DNA of 33,448 bases from NCBI GenBank assembly GCA_964645415.1, contig CAZXZL010000006.1:1-33448 (forward strand). The letters run 5' to 3'. Source of the DNA: an uncultured Methanosarcinales archaeon. GTDB taxonomy: Archaea > Nanobdellota > Nanobdellia > Woesearchaeales > CAZXZL01. How positions within the stretch are numbered: position 1 is the stretch's first letter; the number at the start of each line of letters is the position of its first letter. Under the pieces are notes generated by a model, which saw nothing but the letters and a program-made list of their open reading frames with translations, ran no database searches and was not told the DNA's origin. Below are positions 1 to 9,356 of this stretch, piece by piece. Position numbers and translations under genes: made by a program.

Positions 1-246
1 TAATCATAGATTAAAACTTTGATAAAAATTGAAATAGACTTTTTACTTTGATATATTTTTAATCATGTATAAAATTCCTCCTAAATAAGTAATATATGAA
101 CTTATTTGATTTTATTTTTTAAAATGCTATTAATTATATATTAAATATTATATTTACACAAAAAAACATATCTTTAAATATTGAGTAATATACTTATTAA
201 ATGTAACTAATTGGCACTAAATTTCTAATTTTTATTGGGGTTTAAA

Positions 247-885
247 ATGGGAAAAGAAGACGAATTAATTATGGTTGTAAAAAAGAAAGATTTATTTGAA
301 GAAGATGAGTTTGAAGGCTTTTTATCAAATAGTAATGGAAATAAACTGTATGATAACTTATTAGATAGTTATAAATTTATGAGGCGTGGAGATGCAGAAA
401 AAGATTATGATCATAAACAGCCTATTACATATTGTATTATTATTAATAAAGATAAAGGAGTTTATTCTTATCAAAGATCCAATGAAGATAAAGATTATTA
501 TGAAAATCGTTTACAAGGAAAGTTTTCTTGGGGTGTTGGTGGACATATTGACAAAGCAGATGTTTCTAATGGAAATCCTATCTTAACAAGTTTATCTCGT
601 GAAGTTGATGAAGAAGTTAATATAATTGGAGATGATGTTGATACTGAAAACTTTGAATTATTAGGTTATATTAATGACAATAAAACAGATGTAGGTAAAG
701 TTCATATTGGTGTTATGTTTATATATTATACAAATTCTGAAAAAATTGAACCTAATGATGGTGAGATTGCAAATGGTGAATTTAGATCAATCAAAGAACT
801 TAAAAACATTATTCAAAATTATGATGTTGAAAGTTGGTCTGAAATTGCTTTAGATGAATTAGAAAGATTACACCCTAAACTTTAA
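247..885 (+). CDS. NUDIX-fold predicted phosphoesterase (COG4112/YmaB-like)
   Basis: Motifs RRGDAEKD..HKQPITY, E.RL.GK.S.GVGGH, Nudix-like REVDEEV, GYIND..DVGKVHIG and ESWS. ATG at 247 is preferred over TTG at 235. Confidence 0.8.
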   Translation: MGKEDELIMVVKKKDLFEEDEFEGFLSNSNGNKLYDNLLDSYKFMRRGDAEKDYDHKQPITYCIIINKDKGVYSYQRSNEDKDYYENRLQGKFSWGVGGHIDKADVSNGNPILTSLSREVDEEVNIIGDDVDTENFELLGYINDNKTDVGKVHIGVMFIYYTNSEKIEPNDGEIANGEFRSIKELKNIIQNYDVESWSEIALDELERLHPKL

Positions 886-1977
886 GTCAATTGCGTGTTG
901 TGGACATACTTCGTGACAGACATAACATTTTATACAACTATTGTAATTAATATAAGCTCTATTTTCATCAATATTAATTGCTTTTGCAGGACATTTGTTG
1001 CGACAGACTCCACAACCAATACAATCTTTAGTAGGGAAAGGTTTTTTTCTTAAACTTTCTTTTAGTGGACTTAAAAATCTAAGCATTACACTAAATGAGT
1101 TGAATATTTTTCCTAAAAAAGTATTTTTCTTATCTGGTAATTTAAAATCTTTATAAACTTTCAAATTACCAATTTTATTATAATCATAATTTTTTTCTTT
1201 TAGAGCATAATTCAAATAAGGTATTAAATTTGGTTTAATATTAATCATTTCACAAGCAACTAAATCTGCAATTATTGGATCTTTTGAAACAATTATCTGT
1301 CCCATTCTCTTTTTGTCTCCTGAACTTGGTCCATTCCCTTCCATTGCTACAATTCCATCAATAATATTTAATGAGACTTTTTCACTAAATAAATTTTGTA
1401 GTTTATATAACATCTCTCCAAAATTCTCTTGAGAACGATTTTTTACATGTTGCTTTTGTTTTTCTAAATTATAAACTAATCCAAAAAGATTTTTTGTTGC
1501 ACAAGTTAATGTTTGAAAAGTGTGTGTTTTAAACCTTGCAAGATTTATTATTTCATCAACTTGGTCTGCTAACCCTGTTACTTTAATATTTAATCCTTTA
1601 TAATTTTCCACTTCAATAAATGAATTATATTCTTTTAATTTCACATTATCGTATTTAGAAATTAAATCTATTAATCCTTTTTTTCTAGCTATTTTTTTCA
1701 CAGTTGAAAAACCAGGGGAATCACTAATAATAATTTCATAATTACCTAATGAATTGAGTGTTTCAATCATTGCAATAATCATTTCATTCTTTGTTGTTAC
1801 AGGTTTGCTTTCAGAAAAAGGTGCTAAAAAATTAGGTTTTATTAAGATTTTTTTACCTTTTGGTTTATATTTAAATCTATTAAAAGTTCCTATAAATTTA
1901 TTTAAAAACTTGTTTTTTATTTCTTCAACATCATAATCTTTCTGATTTATTATTAAAACATCATTTTTATTATTCAT
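868..1977 (-). CDS. DUF362 family protein with C-terminal 2x[4Fe-4S] ferredoxin domain
   Basis: LIKPN, KTH..T.T.ATKN, DGIVAMEGNGP and DP..AD motifs. C-terminal CIGCGVC..KCP and CIKCYVCHEVCP. Confidence 0.85.
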   Translation of the reverse strand: MNNKNDVLIINQKDYDVEEIKNKFLNKFIGTFNRFKYKPKGKKILIKPNFLAPFSESKPVTTKNEMIIAMIETLNSLGNYEIIISDSPGFSTVKKIARKKGLIDLISKYDNVKLKEYNSFIEVENYKGLNIKVTGLADQVDEIINLARFKTHTFQTLTCATKNLFGLVYNLEKQKQHVKNRSQENFGEMLYKLQNLFSEKVSLNIIDGIVAMEGNGPSSGDKKRMGQIIVSKDPIIADLVACEMINIKPNLIPYLNYALKEKNYDYNKIGNLKVYKDFKLPDKKNTFLGKIFNSFSVMLRFLSPLKESLRKKPFPTKDCIGCGVCRNKCPAKAINIDENRAYINYNSCIKCYVCHEVCPQHAIDLKFRV

Positions 1978-2116
1978 TAAGCAATTCCTATTTTTATTAC
2001 TTTTATTTTTTGTGTTTTATTTATTCTTTTTATTAATCTCTTTTATAGCTTATCTTAATTATAATCTAATTGAAGTTAAAGGAAACATTTAAATACCATA
2101 AATTTTGTTTAAATAC

Positions 2117-2644
2117 ATGTCATTCAAAAATAATCAAAATAAACTCCTTTTTTTGATAATAATTTTATTAACCATTATTTTTTCAGTTTATTCTATGGTT
2201 TTTGGATGGAATGAATTATATTCTCATGAAGGTATAGAAGATATTATATTTAAAGAAGATTCTATTGAATTATGTTCTAATGTAATGTATCGTTTTAAAG
2301 ACTTATCTGTATATGATGTAGACCATGATATTACTTCAGATAATGAATTTATTATTGATCTATCTATTGAAAATATTGGAAATCAAGATATTGTTGGTTT
2401 TAATTTTGAAGTAATTAATAAACATGAAGAAGTTTCTGGCAATGCTTTCTTTGATGAAAAACTTTCAATTTCTTATTATGAAACAATTAGTTTTTCTGAT
2501 ACTTTTTCAAATCTTAATGGAAATGAATCTATTAAATCAATAACAATTTATCCTATAATCTCAGCTGATGACTATTCTAGTGATAGTAACCTATTTCATT
2601 GTGATGAATTTTCTATTGAGTTTTCAGGAGATGTTTTAATTTAA
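2117..2644 (+). CDS. Membrane-anchored pilin-like protein (paralog 1)
   Basis: N-terminal hydrophobic helix ending in GW, then a Cys pair, an EN.G motif and an I.I.P motif shared with the next ORF. TATA-like TTTAAATA at 2088-2095 supports ATG 2117. Confidence 0.5.
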   Translation: MSFKNNQNKLLFLIIILLTIIFSVYSMVFGWNELYSHEGIEDIIFKEDSIELCSNVMYRFKDLSVYDVDHDITSDNEFIIDLSIENIGNQDIVGFNFEVINKHEEVSGNAFFDEKLSISYYETISFSDTFSNLNGNESIKSITIYPIISADDYSSDSNLFHCDEFSIEFSGDVLI

Positions 2645-2693
2645 TTTCTTTTTTATTCAAAAGATTTATATAAATTTAAAGTACTTTTATAAT

Positions 2694-3254
2694 ATGTTTA
2701 AATCAAAAAAATCAAGTTTAGTTTTTAGTATATTTATTATTGCAATTATTCTATCAGTGATGACTATTATTTTAGGTTGGATTACTTCTTATTCTTATGA
2801 CTCTGTTATTGACTCAGAGTTAAATTCTAGAATTTTAGAGAAGTGTTCAAATCTAGACATATTAACAGTAAGAGTTTTAGTTGATGATGCAACTAATAGG
2901 ACTTATTCTGGCCCACCATTAGATGACTTTAGTATTGATGTTCTTTTAGAAAATAATGGCAGAGAAACTTTAAAAGGTGTTGTTATAAGAGCTTATGCTG
3001 ATAATGAAGAGGTTTTATTTTCTGAAATAATAGAAAGAGATCTTAAAAGACATACAAGAAGTACTTATTCAATGAATCTTAAAGATCAGATGATTGGTGA
3101 CTGTAGATCTAATGAAGGTCCTTCAAATTGTTATATTGAAGAAATTGAGATAATACCTATGGTTGAAGTTGACTTTGATGGCAGAGATATTTATGAGTGT
3201 TCCAATTATGTTCGATCTTATAAAAGATCTGATGATGTTGTTGTAACAGAATAA
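2694..3254 (+). CDS. Putative archaeal type IV pilin-like protein (paralog 2)
   Basis: MFKSKKS followed by a hydrophobic helix ending in GW resembles a class III signal peptide. CSN...ENNG...IIP...C pattern. Confidence 0.55.
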   Translation: MFKSKKSSLVFSIFIIAIILSVMTIILGWITSYSYDSVIDSELNSRILEKCSNLDILTVRVLVDDATNRTYSGPPLDDFSIDVLLENNGRETLKGVVIRAYADNEEVLFSEIIERDLKRHTRSTYSMNLKDQMIGDCRSNEGPSNCYIEEIEIIPMVEVDFDGRDIYECSNYVRSYKRSDDVVVTE

Positions 3255-3322
3255 TTTTATTCTTTTATCTTTCTTTGTAAGAAAAAATTTAAATATCTTT
3301 TAGAGTTTATTTCAGTATTAAA

Positions 3323-4876
3323 ATGAAAGATAATCTGTTAAAATATTTGACAAAAAATGAATTAATAGTTCTTAAGTCATTAAAAAAACATGATTTAGAT
3401 AAAGAGACTATTAAAGAAATTCATAACTATGTTGATTTAAAAGAAGTAGAACTAATGAGAGCTGTTGAATGGTTAGAAAATAAAAAAATAGTTAATATTG
3501 ATTATGAAGAGTATGAGTTAATTGATCTTTCTAAAAATGGCTTAAAATATTCTAAATCTAATCTACCTGAAATTTCAATCTTGAATGAAATTAAAAAAAA
3601 TGAAGAAGTTTCAAGAAAATCTCTATTAGAAAGTTTTTCAAATGATGAAATTTCATTTTCTATTGGTTTTCTTAAAAAAAATAACTGTATTGATATTGAA
3701 AAAAAAGATAATAATCTATATTTAATTTATAAAAATGATTTACCTCATACTTTTGAAAATGACTTTTTAAAAAATAATGATTTTCCTATTGAATTTAATA
3801 AACTTAATGATAAAGAAAAGTATTCAATTGAAAAATTACTCAATCGAAAAGATATAATTGAAAAAAAGAGAAAGACAAAGAAAATTATTTCTTTTACAAA
3901 AAGAGGAAAAAAATTACTAAAAAAAGATATTGAATCATTAGATTTAATTGATAATTTAAATAAAGATTTAATCTCAGAATTAAATGAAAAAAATATTTCA
4001 AATTATGAATTTAGAAGATATGATGTTAAAAGTGGTGTTCCAAGTTTTAATTTTCCAAAAAAACACATAATAGATCAAGTTCTTGAAGATTTTAGAGAAA
4101 TTTGGGTAGGAATGGGTTTTGAAGAGATGTCTGGTGATATTTTAGATAGTTCTTTTAACATCTTAGATACTTTATTTGTTCCTCAAGATCATCCTGCTAG
4201 AAGTTTACAAGATACTTTTTATGCAGGAGATTCTGAAAATAAAATCTATAAGAAAAAAATAAAAAATAAAAATTATATGGATTCAGTTAAATCTATTCAT
4301 ACTTCTGGAAAGTGTTTTGGAGAAAAAATTAGTAAAGGTTGGGATTATCGTTGGAATAAAGAAGAAGCTGAAAAAGTAATGTTGAGATCTCATACAACAG
4401 TATTATCTGTTTTAAAATTATTAAAAGAGAAAAAGAAACATGGTAAATTCTTTTCTTTAGGTAAAAATTTTAGAAATGAAACCTTAGATTGGAAACATAG
4501 TTTTCAATTTCATCAAATAGAAGGAATTGTTGTTCATCCTGATGCTAACTTAAAAAATCACTTTTGGTTTATAAAGCAATTTTTTGAAAAATTAGGATTT
4601 GATGATGTTAGGTTAAGACCAGCTTATTTTCCTTATACTGAACCTTCAATGGAAGTTGATGTTTATGTTAAAGAAAGAGATGAATGGTTAGAACTTGGTG
4701 GTTCTGGAATATTTAGACCTGAAGTTGTTGAACCAATTTTTGGTGAATTTGTTCCTGTTTTAGCTTGGGGAATGGGTTTTGATAGATTTGCGATGAAACT
4801 TTTTGATGTAAAAGATATTAGAGAACTTTATTCAAAAGATATTGAAAAATTAATGAATTTTCCTTTACTTAAATAA
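3323..4876 (+). CDS. pheS: Phenylalanine--tRNA ligase alpha subunit (archaeal type)
   Basis: N-terminal winged-helix extension; PQDHPAR..QDTF, RSHTT, FRNE.LD.KH, QIEG, YFPYTEPS, G.FRPE and AWGMG.DR motifs. Confidence 0.97.
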   Translation: MKDNLLKYLTKNELIVLKSLKKHDLDKETIKEIHNYVDLKEVELMRAVEWLENKKIVNIDYEEYELIDLSKNGLKYSKSNLPEISILNEIKKNEEVSRKSLLESFSNDEISFSIGFLKKNNCIDIEKKDNNLYLIYKNDLPHTFENDFLKNNDFPIEFNKLNDKEKYSIEKLLNRKDIIEKKRKTKKIISFTKRGKKLLKKDIESLDLIDNLNKDLISELNEKNISNYEFRRYDVKSGVPSFNFPKKHIIDQVLEDFREIWVGMGFEEMSGDILDSSFNILDTLFVPQDHPARSLQDTFYAGDSENKIYKKKIKNKNYMDSVKSIHTSGKCFGEKISKGWDYRWNKEEAEKVMLRSHTTVLSVLKLLKEKKKHGKFFSLGKNFRNETLDWKHSFQFHQIEGIVVHPDANLKNHFWFIKQFFEKLGFDDVRLRPAYFPYTEPSMEVDVYVKERDEWLELGGSGIFRPEVVEPIFGEFVPVLAWGMGFDRFAMKLFDVKDIRELYSKDIEKLMNFPLLK

Positions 4877-4896
4877 AATGAGGCTTTATAGATAAA

Positions 4897-6621
4897 ATGG
4901 CAAGTGCAGAATATGATATTGGACAACTTGAAGAATTAATAACTGGAGATATTGAAATAGATGAGCTTGTCGAGCTCTTACCTTTATTGAAAGTTGATGT
5001 TGATGATTTTAATGATGAGACCATAACTGTTGATATTACTCCTGATAGACCAGATTTGTTTTCTGAGGAAGGAGTTTCTAGAATGATAAACTCTTATCTT
5101 TTTTCAGATTATCAAAAGATCTATAATGTAAAAAAGGGTAATTATGAAATTAATGTTTCAAAAGATAATGCTAAATATCGTCCTTTTACTGTTGCTGCTG
5201 TTATTAAAAACCTTAATCTTGATGAAGATAAACTTAAAACAATCATTCGTGTTCAAGAAAAACTACATACCACTCTTGGTAGAAAAAGAGAAAAGGTTGC
5301 TATTGGTATTTATCCTGAAAATAAAATAGATTTTCCTATTGATTTTACTTCTTTAAAACCAAGTAAAATTAAATTTCAACCACTTGAAAGTGATTCTGAA
5401 ATGACAGCAAGTGAAATTTTATCTAAACATGAAGCTGGAAAAAAATATGGTTACTTATTAGATGATATGAAAAAATATCCTCTGTTTTTAGATAGTTCAG
5501 ATAATGTATTATCTATGCCTCCAATTATAAACTCTGAATATACTGGTAGAGTTTCTTCTGGAAAGAATGATCTTTTCATCGAATGTTCCGGATTTGATTT
5601 AAAATCTCTTAACTTAGCTTTAAATATTTTAGTAACTATGTTTTATGATATGAAAGGAGACGTTTATAATGTTAAAATAAATTATCCTAAAGGTTATTAT
5701 AGTAAAATTAACTCTGAAGATGCTAAATTTTCTTTTAAGAGATATTTTAAAAAAGAAAAAGGTAATTTATATCAGAATTCACCTGACTTATCTTTTAATA
5801 AAATAAAAATCGATTACGATTTAATAAATAAACTTTTAGGTTATAATTTTTCTAAAGATCAAATAAAAAATCATTTAAAAAAGATGTGTTTTTTAATAGA
5901 TGAGGATTATGCTTTAATTCCTCCTTATCGTCATGATGTTATACACAATGTTGATTTAGCAGAAGATGTTTCAATATCTTATGGTTTTGATAATATCGTT
6001 ACTGAAAAACTTTTAGTTCCTGGTTTTGGTAAGATTGATTCATTTCAAAAATTTAAAAAGAAGATTAATGATCTTATGATTTCAATGAATCTTCAACCAA
6101 TTAAAAATTATTCTATTGATGATATCAAACAACAAGAAATGTTTTTAAAAGATGATAAGAGTTTTGTTAAATTATCAAACCCTGTTAATAAAGATTATAA
6201 TGTTATGAGAAGATCTTTAATTCCTCAACAATTTGAGTTTCTTAATTATAATAAGAAGAAAGAATATCCTCAAAAGTTTTTTGAAATTGGTGAAGTTTTT
6301 ATTCTTGAAAATAGTTCACCATTTGAACATAAAGAAGTAGAAAAGATGTCAGTTGTTCTTGCAGGAGAAGGTTCTACTTTTACAAAAATCAAACAAATTA
6401 TCAATAATATTGCTAATTCATTAGATTTAGATTTTTCTTATGAAGAATCTGAAAAAGATTTTTTAATAGAAGGAAGATGTGCATCTATTAATTTGGATGG
6501 TAATAATATTGGTTTTTTAGGTGAAGTGAACCCTAAATTTATATTAAAATATGATTTAGATGTTCCTGTTGTGCTATCTGAAATAGATATTAATTCAATT
6601 TATGATTATCTTAATAAGTAG
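4897..6621 (+). CDS. pheT: Phenylalanine--tRNA ligase beta subunit (archaeal type)
   Basis: PDRPDL, QEKLH.TLGRKR, SMPPIINS, PPYRHDVIH.VDLAED and R.SL.P motifs; directly follows pheS. Confidence 0.96.
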   Translation: MASAEYDIGQLEELITGDIEIDELVELLPLLKVDVDDFNDETITVDITPDRPDLFSEEGVSRMINSYLFSDYQKIYNVKKGNYEINVSKDNAKYRPFTVAAVIKNLNLDEDKLKTIIRVQEKLHTTLGRKREKVAIGIYPENKIDFPIDFTSLKPSKIKFQPLESDSEMTASEILSKHEAGKKYGYLLDDMKKYPLFLDSSDNVLSMPPIINSEYTGRVSSGKNDLFIECSGFDLKSLNLALNILVTMFYDMKGDVYNVKINYPKGYYSKINSEDAKFSFKRYFKKEKGNLYQNSPDLSFNKIKIDYDLINKLLGYNFSKDQIKNHLKKMCFLIDEDYALIPPYRHDVIHNVDLAEDVSISYGFDNIVTEKLLVPGFGKIDSFQKFKKKINDLMISMNLQPIKNYSIDDIKQQEMFLKDDKSFVKLSNPVNKDYNVMRRSLIPQQFEFLNYNKKKEYPQKFFEIGEVFILENSSPFEHKEVEKMSVVLAGEGSTFTKIKQIINNIANSLDLDFSYEESEKDFLIEGRCASINLDGNNIGFLGEVNPKFILKYDLDVPVVLSEIDINSIYDYLNK

Positions 6622-6666
6622 GAAAATATTTAAATCAATCTAGATTACAAATTTTGGTGATTTTCA

Positions 6667-6936
6667 ATGTCTCAAAGAAAATATAATACAGATCGTTTTA
6701 GAAAAGTACATGTAAAGTTATCTAGTAGAAATACTGTTCATTACAAACAAAAAAAACCAAATAAACAAAGGTGTCCTTATTGTAATAAACTAATCTCTGG
6801 AGTTGTTAGAGTTAGTTCAAATAAACGTTCAAACATTGCTTCATCTAAAAAATCTTCATCAAGAGGATTTGGTGGTGTTCTTTGTAGTTCATGTTCTAGA
6901 AGGATTTATAAGATGAGAGCAAGAAATTTAAATTAA
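6667..6936 (+). CDS. rpl34e: 50S ribosomal protein L34e (eL34)
   Basis: Basic 89 aa protein with CPYC and GGVLCSSC zinc-binding motifs; GGTGA Shine-Dalgarno at 6656-6660. Confidence 0.9.
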   Translation: MSQRKYNTDRFRKVHVKLSSRNTVHYKQKKPNKQRCPYCNKLISGVVRVSSNKRSNIASSKKSSSRGFGGVLCSSCSRRIYKMRARNLN

Positions 6937-6950
6937 AAAGGTGATGATTT

Positions 6951-7166
6951 ATGTATGAAGAAGGTAGAGTAGTTATGAAAATAGCAGGAAGAGATTCTGG
7001 GAAGTTAGGAGTTATTTTAGAAGTTGATGATAATAATGTTCTTGTTGATGGTTTTATTAGAAATAGAAAAGTTAACATTAAACATCTTGAACCATTAAAA
7101 AAGAAATTAGATGTTTCTGGAATGGATTCTGATCAGATTAGAAAAGAATTGAAAAAAATTAATTAA
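6951..7166 (+). CDS. rpl14e: 50S ribosomal protein L14e (eL14)
   Basis: GRVVMKIAGRDSGK.GVI..V.D.N.VLVDG..R.RKVNIKHLEP KOW-type signature; GGTGA Shine-Dalgarno upstream. Confidence 0.93.
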   Translation: MYEEGRVVMKIAGRDSGKLGVILEVDDNNVLVDGFIRNRKVNIKHLEPLKKKLDVSGMDSDQIRKELKKIN

Positions 7167-7470
7167 TTTTATTTATTATTTTTATTAATTTGTATTTTTT
7201 TTCTATTCATTTCTTTTTTACTTTTCATTTTTAACTAAAAAAAATTTTATTTGTTTAATTTTCTAATAAATAAATATTTTTAACATTTCAGTTTTATCCT
7301 TTCTTTTTAAAAGTAGTATTCGTTTTAGCTAAAGATGGTAGAAATCTTTTTTTATCTTCGATAGTATAAAGGTCTCAAAATCCTCTAAATGAAATAAGAG
7401 AGTCTAATTAAAAAAATTTGAATAAAATAAAAATCTTTCATAACTAGAACATTATGGAAACATATTATAT

Positions 7471-7959
7471 TTAATTTAATTTATAATCCCAAAAATAATC
7501 TTTGATATGATGAATGTTTTCAATTCCTATTCCACTATTTTTACTTGAAATTTCCTCTGAATCCATTAGTGTTTTTCCTATTGCAATTGGTGTTTCTTTA
7601 AATAAGACTTTAACAATATCATCTTCATTAAATTCATCTGATTCTTTAATTCCAGGCACCATTAAATTTGCACCGTTACTTATTGGTTTAACTGCACCTT
7701 TATCTACTTTAACTTTTTTTATTTTATCTTTGAAACTATTTACCAAATGAAGAGATGGAAAAATCTTTTCTTTATTTTGATTTTTCCAAAAACAAATTGA
7801 TTTATCTGAATCTAAATCATAAATAATTGTAACATCTTTTTCATTTTCTATTTTCACTCTTTCTAAGTTTTCTTTTTTTAACTTTAATTCAAATCCAAAT
7901 TTTTTCAATTTTTCTGCAAGATCTCTTTTTTCACTTTTACTTAATCTCTTTCTTTTCAT
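7471..7959 (-). CDS. PUA-domain RNA-binding protein (MCTS1/Tma20-like)
   Basis: FPSL, VDKGAVKPISNGANLMVPGI and G.GIENIHHIKD.FW motifs; AGGTGA Shine-Dalgarno upstream. Confidence 0.88.
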   Translation of the reverse strand: MKRKRLSKSEKRDLAEKLKKFGFELKLKKENLERVKIENEKDVTIIYDLDSDKSICFWKNQNKEKIFPSLHLVNSFKDKIKKVKVDKGAVKPISNGANLMVPGIKESDEFNEDDIVKVLFKETPIAIGKTLMDSEEISSKNSGIGIENIHHIKDYFWDYKLN

Positions 7960-7986
7960 TTTCTCACCTTAAATAATTATATGAAG

Positions 7987-9168
7987 CTAACCATAAATTA
8001 ATTTATAGCTTTGATCTTCTTTTTCTTTTCTTCTAACTCTTTTTACACCATTTAAGAAATCTTTTTCATTAATTTTATCTCGATCTTCTCTCAATGCAAA
8101 ATAACCTGCTTCTGTACACATTGCACTAATCTCTGCTCCTGAAAATCCTTCAGATTCACTTGATATAAGATCAAAGTTGATTTCTTTTTCAAGAGGCATA
8201 TCTTTTGAATGAATCTTAATAATTTCTTTTCTTTTCTCATCAGTGTCAGGTGGAGTGATTTTTATCAATCTATCTAATCTTCCTGGTCTTATTACTGCAC
8301 GATCTAATATATCTAATCTATTTGTTGCACCAATTACTTTAACATCTGAAAGTGGTTTAAATCCATCAATTTCTCCTAATAGTTGCATAAATGTTCTTTG
8401 AACTTCTCTTTCTCCACTAGTTCCAATTTCAACTCTTTTTGATGCAATACTATCTATTTCATCAATGAAAAGGATGGTTGGTGAATTTTTTCTAGCTAAT
8501 TCAAAAACTTTCTTAACTAACTTTGCTCCTTCTCCAATAAATTTTTGGACTAATTCTGATCCAATTAATTCAATAAACGTAGCATTCGTTTCTTTTGCAA
8601 CAGCTTTTGCAATCATAGTTTTTCCATTACCTGGCGGTCCATGGAGTAAAATTCCTTTTGGTGGTTTAATACCCATCTTTCTAAACTTATCTGGATTATT
8701 GAGTGGTTCTTCTACTACTTCTTTCACTTCTTCTATTTTTTCTTTTAAACCACCTATCTCATTCCACTCAATTTCAGGTTTATCAATTATTACAAATTGT
8801 TTTACTTCTAGATTTGATGAACTATCAAGTTTTTCAAGAACGTTTAAATTCTTTTTATCCGCAATAACTTGATCTCCTGGTTTAATCTCTTCTTTAGCAA
8901 CAGAATTAACTAAAAACTTATTACCATTAGCAACTTTAATTATTACTTTAGAATCTTCAATTGAGTCAATAACTTTACAAACCATGTTTGGCTCTTCTTT
9001 TAAAAGCTCTAATGTCATTTCTTTTTGAATTAATTTTGACTTAACAGAACTGACTTTCTGTTTTAAGTTTTTATTTTCTTTTTTTAATTCTTCACAATCT
9101 TTACAATTCTTACTTTCTTCATCAAACGTATAATCTTCTTTAACATTTTCTTTAACATTATTATCCAT
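7987..9168 (-). CDS. pan: Proteasome-activating nucleotidase (AAA+ ATPase)
   Basis: Coiled-coil plus OB N-domain, Walker A GPPGNGKT, pore loop KFIGEG, Walker B FIDEID, SRH RPGRLDR and C-terminal HbYX motif IYG. Confidence 0.95.
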   Translation of the reverse strand: MDNNVKENVKEDYTFDEESKNCKDCEELKKENKNLKQKVSSVKSKLIQKEMTLELLKEEPNMVCKVIDSIEDSKVIIKVANGNKFLVNSVAKEEIKPGDQVIADKKNLNVLEKLDSSSNLEVKQFVIIDKPEIEWNEIGGLKEKIEEVKEVVEEPLNNPDKFRKMGIKPPKGILLHGPPGNGKTMIAKAVAKETNATFIELIGSELVQKFIGEGAKLVKKVFELARKNSPTILFIDEIDSIASKRVEIGTSGEREVQRTFMQLLGEIDGFKPLSDVKVIGATNRLDILDRAVIRPGRLDRLIKITPPDTDEKRKEIIKIHSKDMPLEKEINFDLISSESEGFSGAEISAMCTEAGYFALREDRDKINEKDFLNGVKRVRRKEKEDQSYKLIYG

Positions 9169-9356
9169 TTTAGAACCTCAAAATTTGAATTTCATTAACC
9201 TTTAAGAACTAATTTATTTAAATTAAATTAATGTATAATAACAGGAATTACTCAATGTTTTTAATATTTACTATTAAATATAAAAAAATATCTCAAAAAT
9301 AATTTTTATTTAAGAAAATCAAAAGATATTTATTAGTCTTTAGTGATTATATAATA

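Noticed and set aside
386..586. Alternate-frame ORFs (also 5144-5329, 22710-22937)
   Set aside because: Nested out of frame in real genes; the hydrophobic composition is the expected by-product of AT-rich codon usage.
868..885. 18-bp convergent overlap of the NUDIX and DUF362 genes
   Set aside because: Common in compact genomes; no evidence of function.
8465..8872. 135-aa plus-strand ORF (also 7514-7750, 1754-1936, 12024-12269, 26622-26819, 28227-28475, 6896-7078)
   Set aside because: Antisense shadows of well-supported genes with no recognisable motifs.
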